From Psammoneis japonica (lineage: Eukaryota): a stretch of 64,000 nt of DNA. The DNA is taken from NCBI GenBank assembly GCA_008632985.1, contig QPGO01000005.1, forward strand, positions 372,001 through 436,000, written 5' to 3'. Every line of letters starts with the position of its first letter. The first letter of the stretch is position 1. The notes under the pieces were generated by a model, which was given only the letters and a program-made list of their open reading frames with translations, did no database searches and was not told the DNA's origin. Position numbers and translations under genes: made by a program. Below are positions 39,375 through 51,803 of this stretch, piece after piece.

Positions 39375-39860
39375 ATGTGCACGAATGATGCAAGGAGCAT
39401 GAAGCACTTTCAGAGTGCTCTTGCTGCTCTTCATTTTCTTCAACAATTTCACATTGATGGCTGCTTGTTTTGCTTTTGCAGTTTTTTTGCTCTTGCTTTC
39501 TGGGTGACCTTTGTTGCAGATGCTTCCAATTTTTCTTGTTCTTTGTCCTCCCCTTCTTTGCAGTCTTGTTCATCATCACATTCTTCCTCTTTGCCAAGCA
39601 CATCTGCAGAGCTGCCATGAAGAACAACCTGAGAAGGACAGTTCTGCATGAATGCAGAGCTGCAAAATTGGGGGCAGAAGGATGATTCACTGCATCATCC
39701 AACATCTGCCTCTGCCATCACAAGAATGATCGCACTGCCATGGTGGTGGTGAAGCCCAGCAAAATTCGTTGACCTGTCATGGTCAATTGACTGGTGGTGG
39801 TGTCACACAAAAGTCACAACACATTGCGCACCTTGTGGAACTTTGCCATGTGTTGTGTGT
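39375..39860 (-). pseudogene. Mutated copy of exon 1 plus upstream sequence of the 20920-21682 gene
   Basis: Colinear with about 21284-21790; LHGSSADVLGKEEECDDEQDC versus LRGGSADVLGEEEEYDDEYDY. Confidence 0.92.
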
Positions 39861-40399
39861 TGACTCTGTTTGCTGTTGAGGAGCTGGGGGGTGAGGACAA
39901 GAGCAAGCTGCAAAAAAGATGATGGGTTTGAGAAATGCAAGAACAACACTTTCAGCCATTCCAAGGAGAGGGTCATTTTTCAGAGTCTAACCCGGTGAGT
40001 GCAATTTTCAGTGGAATGAAAACCAAAAGCACCACATTGAACATCATCAGCCACTCAGCCCTTCCCTTGACAAACCTTGAAACATCATTCAGTCATGCGC
40101 CATGTTGCTGTGCTGAGAGAGTTGCTCCAAAGTGACAAAACATGACATCTTCAGTTGCTGGGGCCATGGCGTGCCTGTGGGCTTGTCCCAAAGCTGTTTT
40201 GTGGTTGTTGCACACATCATTGTCATCATCATCTGTGTGCCTTTTACACCTGCTGCAATGAGCACAGAGTTGCTGCAACCCAATCTTGAAGTTTTGGTTG
40301 ACTCGTCAAAGCGCATTTTTGAGAGACAAACAATGCATGTGGCCATGCAGAGTCTGCAAGCCACCTGCTTTTTGCTCATCATTTTCTTGAACTTTTGCT

Positions 40400-42480
40400 C
40401 ATGTGTGTGCACTTGCTCTTTTCTTGATGACAATCAACTGGCAAGAAAAAGACATGCCAAGACCACTTTGATCACAGGACATGAGGGTTGCATGGGTGCT
40501 GCAAACAAAACACACACATGCACACACAAAAGATCTCAGCCAGCATCCTCTGCTTTTGGTCAACAACCATGTGCTGGCCACCTTGACCCCAAAACATGAG
40601 ACAAACAAGTGAGTCCTCTTTGCCCTCACATCACCTTTCAAGGCATGCATCACCTGTCACTGCACCATTTTTCCACACAAGTGTGGCAACACACCACACC
40701 TCAGTGGCACAAGAAAGTTGCAATGCAAGCAAGAATCAAATGAGCAAAGTGGCAACAGCAGCATGCCAGGTGTGCACCATCAAGAACTCTGAAGAACAGA
40801 GTCCACAAAAAGTTGTGTTTGTGCAAAGAAGGAACAATGACACACAGAACAACAACGCAGCAAGGAGCCATGCACTGGCTGAAATGCATTGCATGTGGAT
40901 GACTTGTCACTTGCTTTTCATCCATGGGGCAAAGTCAAACTGAGCCACTGCCACTGCTGGCCTTTTCAGAAGAGAAGAAAACCCTGCCAAATTTTGAGGG
41001 TTTGCAGATTTGTGCCAGCACACCTGGAGAAAGCTGTTGTCATTTTCAAACCAGCCCCCAATCATTTTCTCTTTTGCTCTTCCCTCCTCAAACCTTTGCC
41101 AGATGACTTGGCCCTTTTCAGCAATCTCTCTCTTGGTGCCAAACAATTTTGGAGAGTGAGTGAGAGGTGCAGACAAGTCACCCAAAGAAAGTGTGCAGAA
41201 GGAAAGGTCCTCTTGGAGTTTTCACACATTTGCAGCTTTGCAATTTTGCCATGGAGCTTGTGTGCAGAATTCCATGTGCTGGCACCACATGCAGCCCCAC
41301 CCAGGGCACTGCACTCCATCTCAAGTGCCACAAGGAACTTAGGATTGGAGTTGACCTGAGCTCAGCTGCACAGACTTTTGTTCTTGTCTCCAGAAACTGG
41401 TGTGGCAGCATGGCTGGGATGTTGTGCTGTAAAAAAAAATGTTTGCACAATTGCAGCTGAGCAATGAACTCACCCGCTCATGCACAACGGAGCCAATTCA
41501 GAGTCTTCAAGCCACCCGCTTTTCACCCCCATCATGTTCTCAAACTTTTGTCTTGCACGTGTACTTGCTTTTCTTGGTGACAATCAGCTGGCAAAAAAAG
41601 ACATGCCAAAACCACTTTGGTCACAGGATGGGAGGGCCATGTGGGTGCTGCAAACAAAATGCACACACAAAAGATTGCAGCAAGCATCCTCTTCTTCTGG
41701 TCAATGACCATGCACTGGCTGCCTTGATCCCAAAGCATGAGAGACAAACCTGCAGATCCTTTTTGCCATCACATCACCACCTTTCAAGGTGTGCATGATC
41801 ACCTGCCACCACACCATTTTTCCATGCAAGTGTGTCAACACACCACACCTCAATGACACAAGAAAGTTGCGATGCAAGCAAGAATCAAACAAGTGGAGTG
41901 GCAGCACAAGCAGCACACCAGGTGTGTCACACCATCAACTCTGAAGAACAGCCCACAAAAGAAGTTGCTTGTGCAAAGAAGTGAGCAATGACACACAACA
42001 ACAACAACAACAACAGTGAGGAGCCATGTGCTCTGGCTGACATGTGTTTTGGCACATGGATGACTTGCCACAGTGCTCCACAAGTGGAGGGCTTGAGTTT
42101 CATCCATGGGGCCAAGTCAAACTGAGCCACTGCTGCTGGCTCAAAAGAGAAGAAGCCCTGCCAAATTTTGAGGGTTTGCAGATTTGTGCCAGCACACCTG
42201 AAGGAAGCTTTTCTCATTTTCAAGCCCCCCCCCCTCCCNNNNNNNNNNNNNNNNNNNNNNNNNNNNNNNNNNNNNNTGTTCTAAATTTCTCAGGCTTGGG
42301 TGGCAATGTGGGCTCTTTTGCTCTTCTGTCAAATGACCTTTGCCAGATGACTTGGTCCTTTTTTCACAGCAATGATCTCTCTGCTCTTGGTGTCAAACCA
42401 ACTTGGAGAGTGAAGAAGAGAAGCGCACAAGTTGCCCAAAGGAAGTGCACAGAAGGAAGGGTCCTCTTGGAGTTTTTCTG
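40400..42480. repeat. Diverged tandem copies (offset about 1.15-1.25 kb) of the unidentified repeat family; third fragment at about 33100-33350
   Basis: 45-bp identity 40982-41026 = 42156-42200; gacaatca(a/g)ctggcaa...aaagacatgccaa at about 40430 and 41580; caccatttttcca at about 33133, 40663, 41813. Confidence 0.85.
42239..42275. other. Assembly gap (N run)
   Basis: Run of n after a poly-C tract. Confidence 1.
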
Positions 42481-43762
42481 AAGTGAAGGACATGATGAGA
42501 GAATCAAACTGGGGACTCAGCCCCAGAATCTTCTTGCGCTGCTGCTGACACTGCACCCCTGAGTTCTCTCCTCCAAGAAAAACCATCTTCCCAGTGCTGC
42601 TTTGGCAGCGCATGTGCCATCTTGAGCTCATTCTTGATTCTTGCCTTGTTGTTGGTCTCATGGCTGGCTCAACGCAGTGTGCATTTTGGTTGATGCCATC
42701 TCATTGCACCCGCGCAATGCTTCCAGCAGTGCTTGACAACAGCTTCTTTTTTCATCTGGCAGACACAGCCAAGCCCAAGTTGCCAAATCTTTGGCTGCAG
42801 AGACAACTTCACAGAGGCCTCAAGCAAAAAATTTGAATGTGCGGCAGAAATGCACTCTGTGACAAACTTTTGTGTTTGAGCTTGTGCCACAAAGAGCAGC
42901 ACCAGGGAGCTTCTTCCTGATGCTGCGACAAATGTCTCTGAAAATGTGCTTGGGCAGGAGCTGTGTGCTGCGGTCATGGCACCCATGAACTGGCAACCCC
43001 ATCACTGTTTGTCTCTCCTGTCCATCACCTGGATTGGGTTTACTTCTTGTTCCAAGCCAACCAAATGTGTGGTGATTGAACATTTGCTTGTTGACGAAAA
43101 CAACAAGAGTGCAGCAGCAGACTCCCAGTGCTGTGCATTCTTGACATGTGGTGTGCCTCTCTGATTTGACATGCCTGTTGCTGCTGCACTGCATCTCAAG
43201 TGCCAAAAGGAACTTGGGTTTGGAGTTGAGCTGAGCTCAGCCACACAGATTTTTTTCTGATTGCCAAAAACTGGGCAGCAGTGTGGCTGGGATGTTTTGC
43301 GTGAGGTTGCACCAAGAACCACACCTCCAGCTGGTGCTGAGCAAAAAATGTTTGTGCACAATTGCAGCTGAGCAATGGGGACTCACCCGCTGATGGACAA
43401 CGGGGCCAATGATGAGAATGGCATGCCACAGCTGTGCGCAAGATGGACAACTTTTCTCAAGAGGACCAATGCCCAGTCCCCTTGGCGATTTCAAATCAGA
43501 AAAAAAAATGTTGAACGCATTGTGTCTGTTTTCTATGTTCATTCTTAAAAGCACTGATAAAATATGATTAGCATTGCATCTTTCCGTACAGTATTATCAT
43601 GATTGTGACAAATAACATTATTAGTTTTTTGATAGAATCATTAGTATTATTTTATTCGTAGGCGAGGCATAGGTGAATTGTGTCAAGCGCGACAGCGGCA
43701 TCTGGTCCGCGGCGGCTGGCCATCATGTTTTTGACCATGAAGGTGCGTGTCCCGCAACAACG

Positions 43763-46700
43763 ATGCGAGAAAGAGGCGAAGCGACAAGTGAACAAGCTCC
43801 TGTAGCCCTACACACCGCAGTGTGGAACGAGCAACGTTTTCCTACCAAAAAGGTGCAATCACTGGTTAACGTCGAGAACCACAGTGTTGAAGACTCAGAG
43901 AGTGGTACAGACGTAAACTTGAGACTTGGAATGCCTGGTGTCAATCAAAGTCGTGGGGCAAAGTCAAACCAAGAAAAATCTCAGGAGATAAGTAGTAGTC
44001 GTATTTCAGTCATAGGATTAACTGAACCTGAGAAGGAGGTGCCCGAGTCATCGTCTACAGTTGAGGACTGTCATCAAGAAGCCAGAAAGAATTTTTCTGC
44101 AGAACTTACGATGATTAAGCCGAAAGAAAAGCAAGAAACAAACCAGAGGGCGACGAATCTCGAAGACTCATCATTTGACGATAAGGGCGTTCCTGACACA
44201 GTTCATAACGAAAAAGAACAACAAGATTCACTAAAGTATGAAGACGAGAACGACTCTCTGAGTAGTAGTTGCTCCCCGACACCACTTCATGCGGAGGAAA
44301 AGGACTTGACCACGAGCAAAGTTTCTCTTAACGATGTGGACTCCTTGAATGTGCTTCCCGACGAAGATGAAGCAACACCGCCACTGAACAATTCCGTCTC
44401 GAAACTATTACCTGAAAAACAAAAAGAAACTGATATGCTGGATGTGCTCTTGAGTCCTTCCTTTGGTTCAGAAGAAGTTGCTCCGTTTGTGGACTCCCCC
44501 ACCAGCGAGGACGAATACAATTCTCCCAAGAAAATAGAGACAACGCCCAAACCTCTCGAGAGCAAACTGATCATTCCGACTAGCATTACCATATCCAGGC
44601 GGAAACAGGCGACTGATACCGCACAAGTCGACGAGCATCCTCTGGTACTTCCATCCTTGGATAGTCCACCCTTTGAAAAGAAGGCTTTAAGTTCATCTGG
44701 TCCAACATTGACACTCTCGTCAGGGGTTAATACTCGAGGAATGAACCGATCTCGCTTAGTTGAGCTCATAAATCGGAAAAATGGCGGCCCTTGGTACCGG
44801 ACAACAACAGCACACCAGGCGCACCATGATTCCTTCGAAGACGATCTTACGGCCAGTACACTAGGGTTTTGTCCATTCCAATGCGTTTGTGGTAGAGGAG
44901 AAGCGTGTTCCGGTATCTCGGCCGCCTTTTACATGCTGAATGATCCAAGAGCAGGATACTCGGAAGTGCCGTCTTTCTGGAACAAGGCTTTATCCAGCAA
45001 GATTGGTTGTGATGTACAACAGCTCCGCGAAGCTCTAGTCAAGTACGTGATGGACACTGGGGACGACGATCCGGAAGTTTCTGATGAACCGAAATACATT
45101 GCGCATCACCATTTCCATCCTGAGGTTGTGCTGCAGTCTACCTCGCGGAGAAACCGTTCGCTTCCCATGTTTATCTTACGAGAACACGCCGAGAGTAGCA
45201 ATTTGGAGTTACATGACGCCGACAAGATACACGACGAGCAAGGAATATTTACTGGGGACTATTTTGTGGTTCCTAGCTACGGATTTGAGAAGAGCTCAGA
45301 AGACATGAAGAATGTGGTATGGGTTCGACAAACGGAGGAAGGGGCCGAGCTACCATCTCTTGAAATTCCAGAATCGAGAAGCCCGCTCCACGGATTGAAG
45401 AAAGGCGTTCCGGAAACGATTGGTTTCAACGGGTCTCAGAACAAGGTTTCCTTCGAAACCGAGGATGAGGACTGTATATTCGACCAAGACGCACTCACTC
45501 GATCCGAGGTTTACGCGGCACTTCGTGGTTTCGAGTCGGATCGGAAAGAATTTTATACCGCCAAGCTTGAATCAACTTGTCATGAATGGAGTTCTGCCGT
45601 GAAAACGCTATTGAATACGTCTGAGGAGGTGGTTCAAGCCACGCAGCTTATCAAGAAATCAGCGTTCCGGAAAGCCCTACCGGTGTTTGGAGACCGTCCT
45701 CTTGCAGCCTACGTGACAACGTGTATGACACAACGAGTGACACAGTTCCGCGAGGAGGTCACCGAACAGGTAACCAAGATTGAGCAATTTGGGAACTTTC
45801 TTGTTTCTGAGCTGGCTCTTGCCGAAGCAAGGCTAGGCAACGCATGGGGTAAGTTGGAACTGCTGCCAAATCTGTTGGATACGAATAGATGTCCATTTTT
45901 CGTCTAACGACCGTTCTTCCCTTTTGGTCCTCTACTAGGAGCGTGTAAAGTCATCAAGTCGGAGAGAAAGAGTGACTTTTGGATCGTAGAAATGTGCTAC
46001 CGTGTTTCAGTCGCCTATCAAGCCTCACTATGGAAGAAAGCTTCAAAAGAGCTGTCAAGTCTTTTCGCCTCTGTTGTGGAATCTAGATACGAACGTTGCA
46101 ACCGAATGAACGCCTTGCTAACAGAATTTGTCTCGCAACAAAAGCGACTCCTGACAAGCGAATTCCAAGACGAAGAAGATGCTCCTCCTGTGGACGAAGA
46201 ATCGAGACGGATCGATCAACAAGTTACCGAGCTAATTGATGCCGTTGCAGCAGAAGGAAGACAAACTTCTGAGCTGGATTATGTTATGAAAAACTCTCGT
46301 GCAACGGATACAGATGATGAGTTTCTCTCAATCAAACCCCCAATGTCAAGCAGCCTTTTGTGGGCATCAGGCATAATGGAACGGAAGAGTTCAACGGGAT
46401 GGCAGCCTGTGTTGGTGGTGGTAACGTCGGACAGTTTTTTGCATGTGTTTGATTTACCTTACACCACAGACTTGGAAACACTGAATCCTGACAATGCGTT
46501 TAAGCAGTTGCTTCCCCGTCTTCACTTGCCGACAGCAGGAAACGGCAGCATGCGAGGTATGCCCTCTACCGACAGGCATCTGCTAAAATACCTGACTCCG
46601 AAGCGAACTCTTTTTCTGCCCCATTGTAGCACTCACCAGAAACCTCCCCCAGAGGAGCGAATTATCAAACTGACTGAGCAACGTAAGGGAAAGAATCGAG

Positions 46701-46780
46701 GCGACCCCTCCAAGAAGATATATCTTCAAGCCAAATCAACCGAGGAGGCTGTCGTCTGGCTGGACAATTTGACAGAGTAA
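43763..46780 (+). CDS. Cys/His-motif + BAR-like + PH domain protein (Slm1-like C-terminal architecture); intron 45849-45938; true start uncertain
   Basis: CVCGRGEACSGISAAF...YIAHHHFHPE; DFWIVEMCYRVSVAYQ; PH strands GIMERKSSTGWQPVLVVVTSDSFLHVFD and helix YLQAKSTEEAVVWLDNL. Confidence 0.75.
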
Positions 46781-46949
46781 TGCCAGGACATGAAAGCGCT
46801 AATAATTTATAAAAGACACTCTGTCGGATAGACTTGCGAAGCTCTTCACAAGCACTTGATATGCAGTGAATAACTAATCTTCGCGCTTTTCCCGTCTTGA
46901 ATTAAGAATGAGGGAGTTGCAACAAACATGCCTTTTTTACTTTAGAAAT

Positions 46950-47680
46950 CTAACGCTGAGTACCACCGCGCTTTCCCTTTCCTCCCATGTGTTTTGGAAC
47001 CTTGGTAAAGCTTTGTCCGCCCTTGGGAGCTGCGCCCCGCCCACTCTTGGACTTGTTGGCAGCCTTACGGGCCTTGACTTCCTTGAGGGCGGCATCTCTT
47101 TGCGAAGCTCGGAATGCGGGCTTCTGGCTTGCCTTTTTACGAATATCATCAAGAGAAGCACCTACGACAGCACGGGCAACCTTATTGGTACGACGGGTGC
47201 GCTTTTTGCTGGATGTTTCAGTGATTCCCTTCTTGTGCAGACGACGCCAAGCCTGAGTCCATACCAATTTCGCAGGCTTTTTGCGCTGAAGAGTGAGACT
47301 GTAAGCCTTGGAAGTACCCAAGAAAATGGGCTTTCCATCACGGCGAATCATAAGTTTTCCATTTCCAGGATAAATCCTGTACTCGGAGAGAGCACAAAGT
47401 TCGGCTATAAAGCAGAGAGAACGACATTGTCAGTCAACAAAAACGCCGTGATAACTACACGAGAGCGAGAGAGAAAGAAAAGCCGCGCACAAAACAGAAC
47501 CCGGAAAAGCTCGTGTTGTTGGTTGTTGGTGCACAACCATGGCGGTGACAAACGGCACCGTCCGCAGATCCGAGTTTTGACGAAACCATTAAACAAGGTA
47601 CAAATAAACGTATCAAGCCATACAGTGGGGACCTCATATACTGGGACAACAATCAAAAGAAACTCACTGGCAATCACCAT
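46950..47680 (-). CDS. RPL24: 60S ribosomal protein L24 (eL24); exon 1 47668-47680, intron 47405-47667
   Basis: Spliced MVIATELCALSEYRIYPGNG...QRKKPAKLVWTQAWRRLHKK...RAVVGASL. Confidence 0.96.
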
Positions 47681-47889
47681 CTTGACAGTGTGTTTGTCGC
47701 GAAACGAGCAAGCACAAAATGCCTTTGCTAGAACGAATACGTAGAATTCTACGTAACTTCGTACGATGAGAAATGAAGTAATCGGGTAAACAGTATCGTC
47801 TGTCCTTCAATGCCGAGTCACGATCTCATCATTCACGGATTGGACCCGCACGATCAACTTACTTCGTGTGAACTCTTTTCATAGCTTTG

Positions 47890-48022
47890 TAGCCTCTCTC
47901 TAGAGTAGAGCTAGAGAGTAGAGCTAGCTAGAGTAGAGTAGAGCTAGCTACTAGAGGCCCTACTACTCTCTATTTGTACTCTAGACTCGTCGTCGCTCCA
48001 TAGGTAGACCTTCTAGCTAGCT
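47890..48022. repeat. Low-complexity TAG/AGCT-rich tract
   Basis: ctagagtagagctagagagtagagctagctagagtagagtagagctagctactagagg. Confidence 0.7.
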
Positions 48023-48296
48023 CTTCTGGAGAGAGTCCAAGATGCTTGAGAGCCACCACGCTTCTTTGTTGGAGCCATCGTAACTTTCTTGACATGCTGA
48101 TTTTCACTTCGACGAACTCTCCTGTCGAGGATCACGCAAGCTCTGGTGGGGGGAAAACAAAATCAGATGGGATTTCACTGTCTTTGGCGCGATCTATGGA
48201 CTGCTACGGTAAATGCTACTTGAATGTTCTACTCCCAAGGACCTTTACTGGCTCGCAAAAATACGAATACTAATCTATTGAATACCTAATTTGCGT

Positions 48297-50980
48297 TCAG
48301 TCGTTGTTTGCGCGACTTTCCCGAATGGATCTCATGATCGTTTTATACTTGGAGCTGCATAGCATCAGCTTGTCGTTTCCGACTTGCTTTGCAGCCGTAG
48401 CGTCATCCATTTTGGAACGCCATTCTGCAGCCTCGTCGTCTTCTCCCTCACAAATAGCCAACTCGAGTTTCTCTTTGTATTTTCCTTCCAGATTCATGGC
48501 TTCGGATATTTCAGTAAGGATTGGATTCGACTCGTTCAACTGATCCGTAAAGCAATCCACCATTTGTTGCGCATATGTGTACTGAACATGATCTCCAACA
48601 GACTTGGCTTTGGACGCCTCCATCATGGCTTTGCTTACTTCAATCGACAGAAATAGAGTCAAGAAATTACGAATCCTAGCGTGAAAAACAGAAACGCCAA
48701 GACGCACATGTAAGAAACTTCTTTGAGAGTACCCAAAGCAACGACAAAGTACCCTATTTTCATGATACTTACCCAAATCCTCCGCAGCCTGGTCTGATCT
48801 TGGCTGGGCATCCGTCTTTGTCTTTGCACTCCGAACACACTCGCTGAATGAACTCGAAAAACGGAGCTTCTTCTCCAACGTTGCGCTGTAAGATGTTGCA
48901 TGTAAAGATCTGAAACAAGACAAGAAATGCAGAAAGTTAAATTGCGTGTTGGATTGAAATCATGAATGAAGCTATCATGCTTCCAACATGTCAAGATCGC
49001 ACCTGGTATAGCAAGTCTTCACCCTGCACGTCAACAAGAATTTGATTTCGCACAATGCCCAGGTAGGATTCCTCCGAAATGTGATGGCCCAACAAACTGT
49101 ACATGTTGATGTAACGAGAACGCATGATGATATCAAGCACAAGGTCCTTCCTGGCATTGTACTCTGTTTTGCAACGTTCTTGAATATTCACATCTAAACG
49201 GTCTGCGACTTGCTCCCTTGTCAAGTCGAGGTCAACAGCGTGCTCTTCCGATACAATACCAGCGCTTTCGCATGCCTCCATGACAGCTTCAGCGCATTTG
49301 TCAGACAGTCCGGAGTCACTTTCTGCTTGAGACTCTTCACGATGAATCCCCTGCAAGAGCTGCTTCTTGGACAGGATACCATAGTAGCTACGAGGAATTC
49401 GGAGAAATGTAAAGCCCTGCAGAGAAAAGTCAGAAACGTCTTGAGGAACATAAAATCTATCATCTAAACAAGCACTCAACCCGTGCGCCACACTCACCTC
49501 TCCCGTAACTTTTCTATTATCATTTCCTCGTTGTACGAAACTGATAATGGACTCGACCCTCGATGCAACGTGCTGAATACCCTGTCCAATTTCGTTGAGA
49601 AACCCATGAACGTGGCTAAGATTATGTACGGCAGAACAGCGTCTCGTTAGATGATGTTTTCACCCCAAGTAAAAAACATTCATTTTCACAACCAAAAGCT
49701 TACCCTACGTCGGAAAGTGCGTTGTTGATTGGGAGATATACTTGACTTTGGTCCTTTAGCGCGCTTTGCGTGTCACCAGACACAGCTGACGATTCATTTC
49801 CGGTGACGGTGCTTTCTATCTGTGCCTCTCCTGCAGCAACTACACCCGCATTGAAATCCACCTGTAGAAATCACAGCTGTAAGAGTCGGTGACATACCAA
49901 ACTTGTAGATGAAATACAAATGGCGACGTACCTTGGGTGTAAAATCAAGCGTGTCCTCCAGTGTCTGGAGGAATCCTGTCCTGCTGTTGACGTTTGAGAC
50001 CCAGTGATCGCAGTACGCCGCTTGAGACGAATCGTCAAATATCGCAGGCACAGGTGAAATACCCGGAAGAATGCAGGAAGGGTGACTTGTTTCGTCGCTG
50101 ATCGTTTCCACAAAGCGAAGGACAGTGCCTATGTCCGCTTCAGATTCGCTCGTATCCCCTTGATAGTACGCATACACCTCTAAAATCCTGGCATGCTCAT
50201 GTTCACTCATGTTCAATATCAATTTAGGGTGTTTGATCAAGTATCGTTGGTATATGGACTCAACAGAAGCAACCTGAAACGCAAGAACAGCAATCCCTTG
50301 TCGACCGGAATGAGCTTGAAAGAATCGACGTAAGTTCGCTAAAATAATACCACAAGAGACGCAGTCAATATATTATGAGGGTGAGCACATTGAAAGTATT
50401 TTGATGAAGTTAAATAATACAGGTAGTGGAACTTCTCACCTAAAGCGAAATGATGGTATGTTTCTTCTTCTCGATCGTTACCAGCGTTGGTGTCGTGATT
50501 CTCAGCCGTGACAATGATCTGCACGCCACACTCATCGCGAGACGTGACTAGCACTGACTTGGTGCCGATGTCACGAGTTGAAGACGGCATATATGCTCCA
50601 GTGACACGAAAACCAAAGCCTGCCAACAGTTGCTTCACGACATCGCGGTTCTGCGACTCAAAAGTGTCGCTGCGTTCCTCACGTGACTCTGCGGACCGGT
50701 AGAAATTGCGACAGGCGGCAATGTCGCTTGGGTCAGGCCCATTTGTTGCCAAATCATTCAACCGATCCTCCAGGTCCTTGTACACTGATAAGTTCTCTAC
50801 GCGATCCACGTAGAGATGGACGTGAGAAAAGCAAATGTCACCACTCGATTCCTCTTTCACAACCGAGTCCGAGGATTGAGAAGCAGGCTGACTTTTGGCT
50901 TCAGTTCGGTAATTGCTATCGCCGTTTGGGCGTGCGCTCTCTGGGTAAAGGTCTTGGTCTTCGCGAAGCGGTGGCGCCAT
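48297..50980 (-). CDS. 4-hydroxyphenylpyruvate dioxygenase-like (VOC superfamily) protein, multi-exon
   Basis: FSHVHLYVD, GRQGIAVLAFQV, YCDHWVSNV, YLPINNALS, GQGIQHVASRV, ILVDVQGEDLLYQIFT, PFFEFIQR, GGFG-IRNFLTLF; the His/His/Glu iron triad is present. Confidence 0.85.
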
Positions 50981-51803
50981 TTTGAATATGAGCAGCAACA
51001 AGAAGAAGTGTCAAACAGAAAAGCAGATGTCACGAAAACAGGACGAAGTCGCATCACGAATCACGACTGCCGCCATCGGAATTTTCAATCACGACTGACA
51101 TGATGATTCCGGATCGCTGACTTCATTCATTACACGCGCCCTAATTTAGCACACGTCCTTTTTTGAATTTTGGCTCGCTCTCCGGTAGGGCCCTACCGGT
51201 AGAGGTACGTTTCGACGTTAAGGGACAATGATGGTTGTCTGAACGGCGATGAGAGCTCCGTCCCCATTCAAGAAGTACTAATGTATAGGAGAGGGATTCT
51301 AGCCTTTTTTGCCCCTTGATTAAACGATCGCCATCTTTGCAACGGCGGAGACAAACGTCAGAAGTGGACGAGAAGTTTGTGTTCGACATCAAATACTTTC
51401 AAATTCCGATGAAGATAACATAGCAGAAGGAACTCGAAACAGCGCCTCGATAACAATCCAAGTGAAGCAGGCCTAGAACTTTGGGGAAGTCAGCGGGTTA
51501 GCAAGGCAACGGGCTGTCGTAAACATCGACGGATCACAAAATGTTGCGGGACTAAAACAACTTGCAGCACCCCTTTGTTGTTGATGGTCTTGACGAGGAA
51601 AGGGGATTTCAAGGATAGCAGAAGCTGCCGATTCTGTTCCCAACTAACGTCAACAAAACGTTCAGACAAGAACGACAACTTTTGACTGAGAGCGATCGCT
51701 CGGAAGACGTAGATCAGAATAAGTGTGCTGAATTTTTCTCTTATGCCATTCGTCGACCTTGTTAGGGTCTATTTCGCTCTCAACAGAAATCAAAAGAAGG
51801 CTA

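Larger units (their letters stand above)
21950..43530. other. Repeat/transposon graveyard with near-total TpA and CpG depletion and TpG/CpA excess
   Basis: Visible dinucleotide shift, nearly Tyr-free ORFs, decayed transposon motifs; TA-rich DNA resumes abruptly on both sides. Confidence 0.95.

Noticed and set aside
21950..43530. Numerous overlapping ORFs as real genes, or an alternative genetic code
   Set aside because: Explained by loss of TAA/TAG; recognisable motifs are split by frameshifts and TGA, and flanking genes use the standard code.
21950..43530. Classical fungal RIP
   Set aside because: RIP raises TpA and AT content; here TpA is removed and only the inside copy of a duplicate is affected.
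21950..43530. A single giant element or endogenous virus
   Set aside because: No matching terminal repeats at the two borders and no viral hallmark genes recognised; the content is a mosaic.
46908..47744. 278-aa plus-strand ORF
   Set aside because: Antisense shadow of RPL24.
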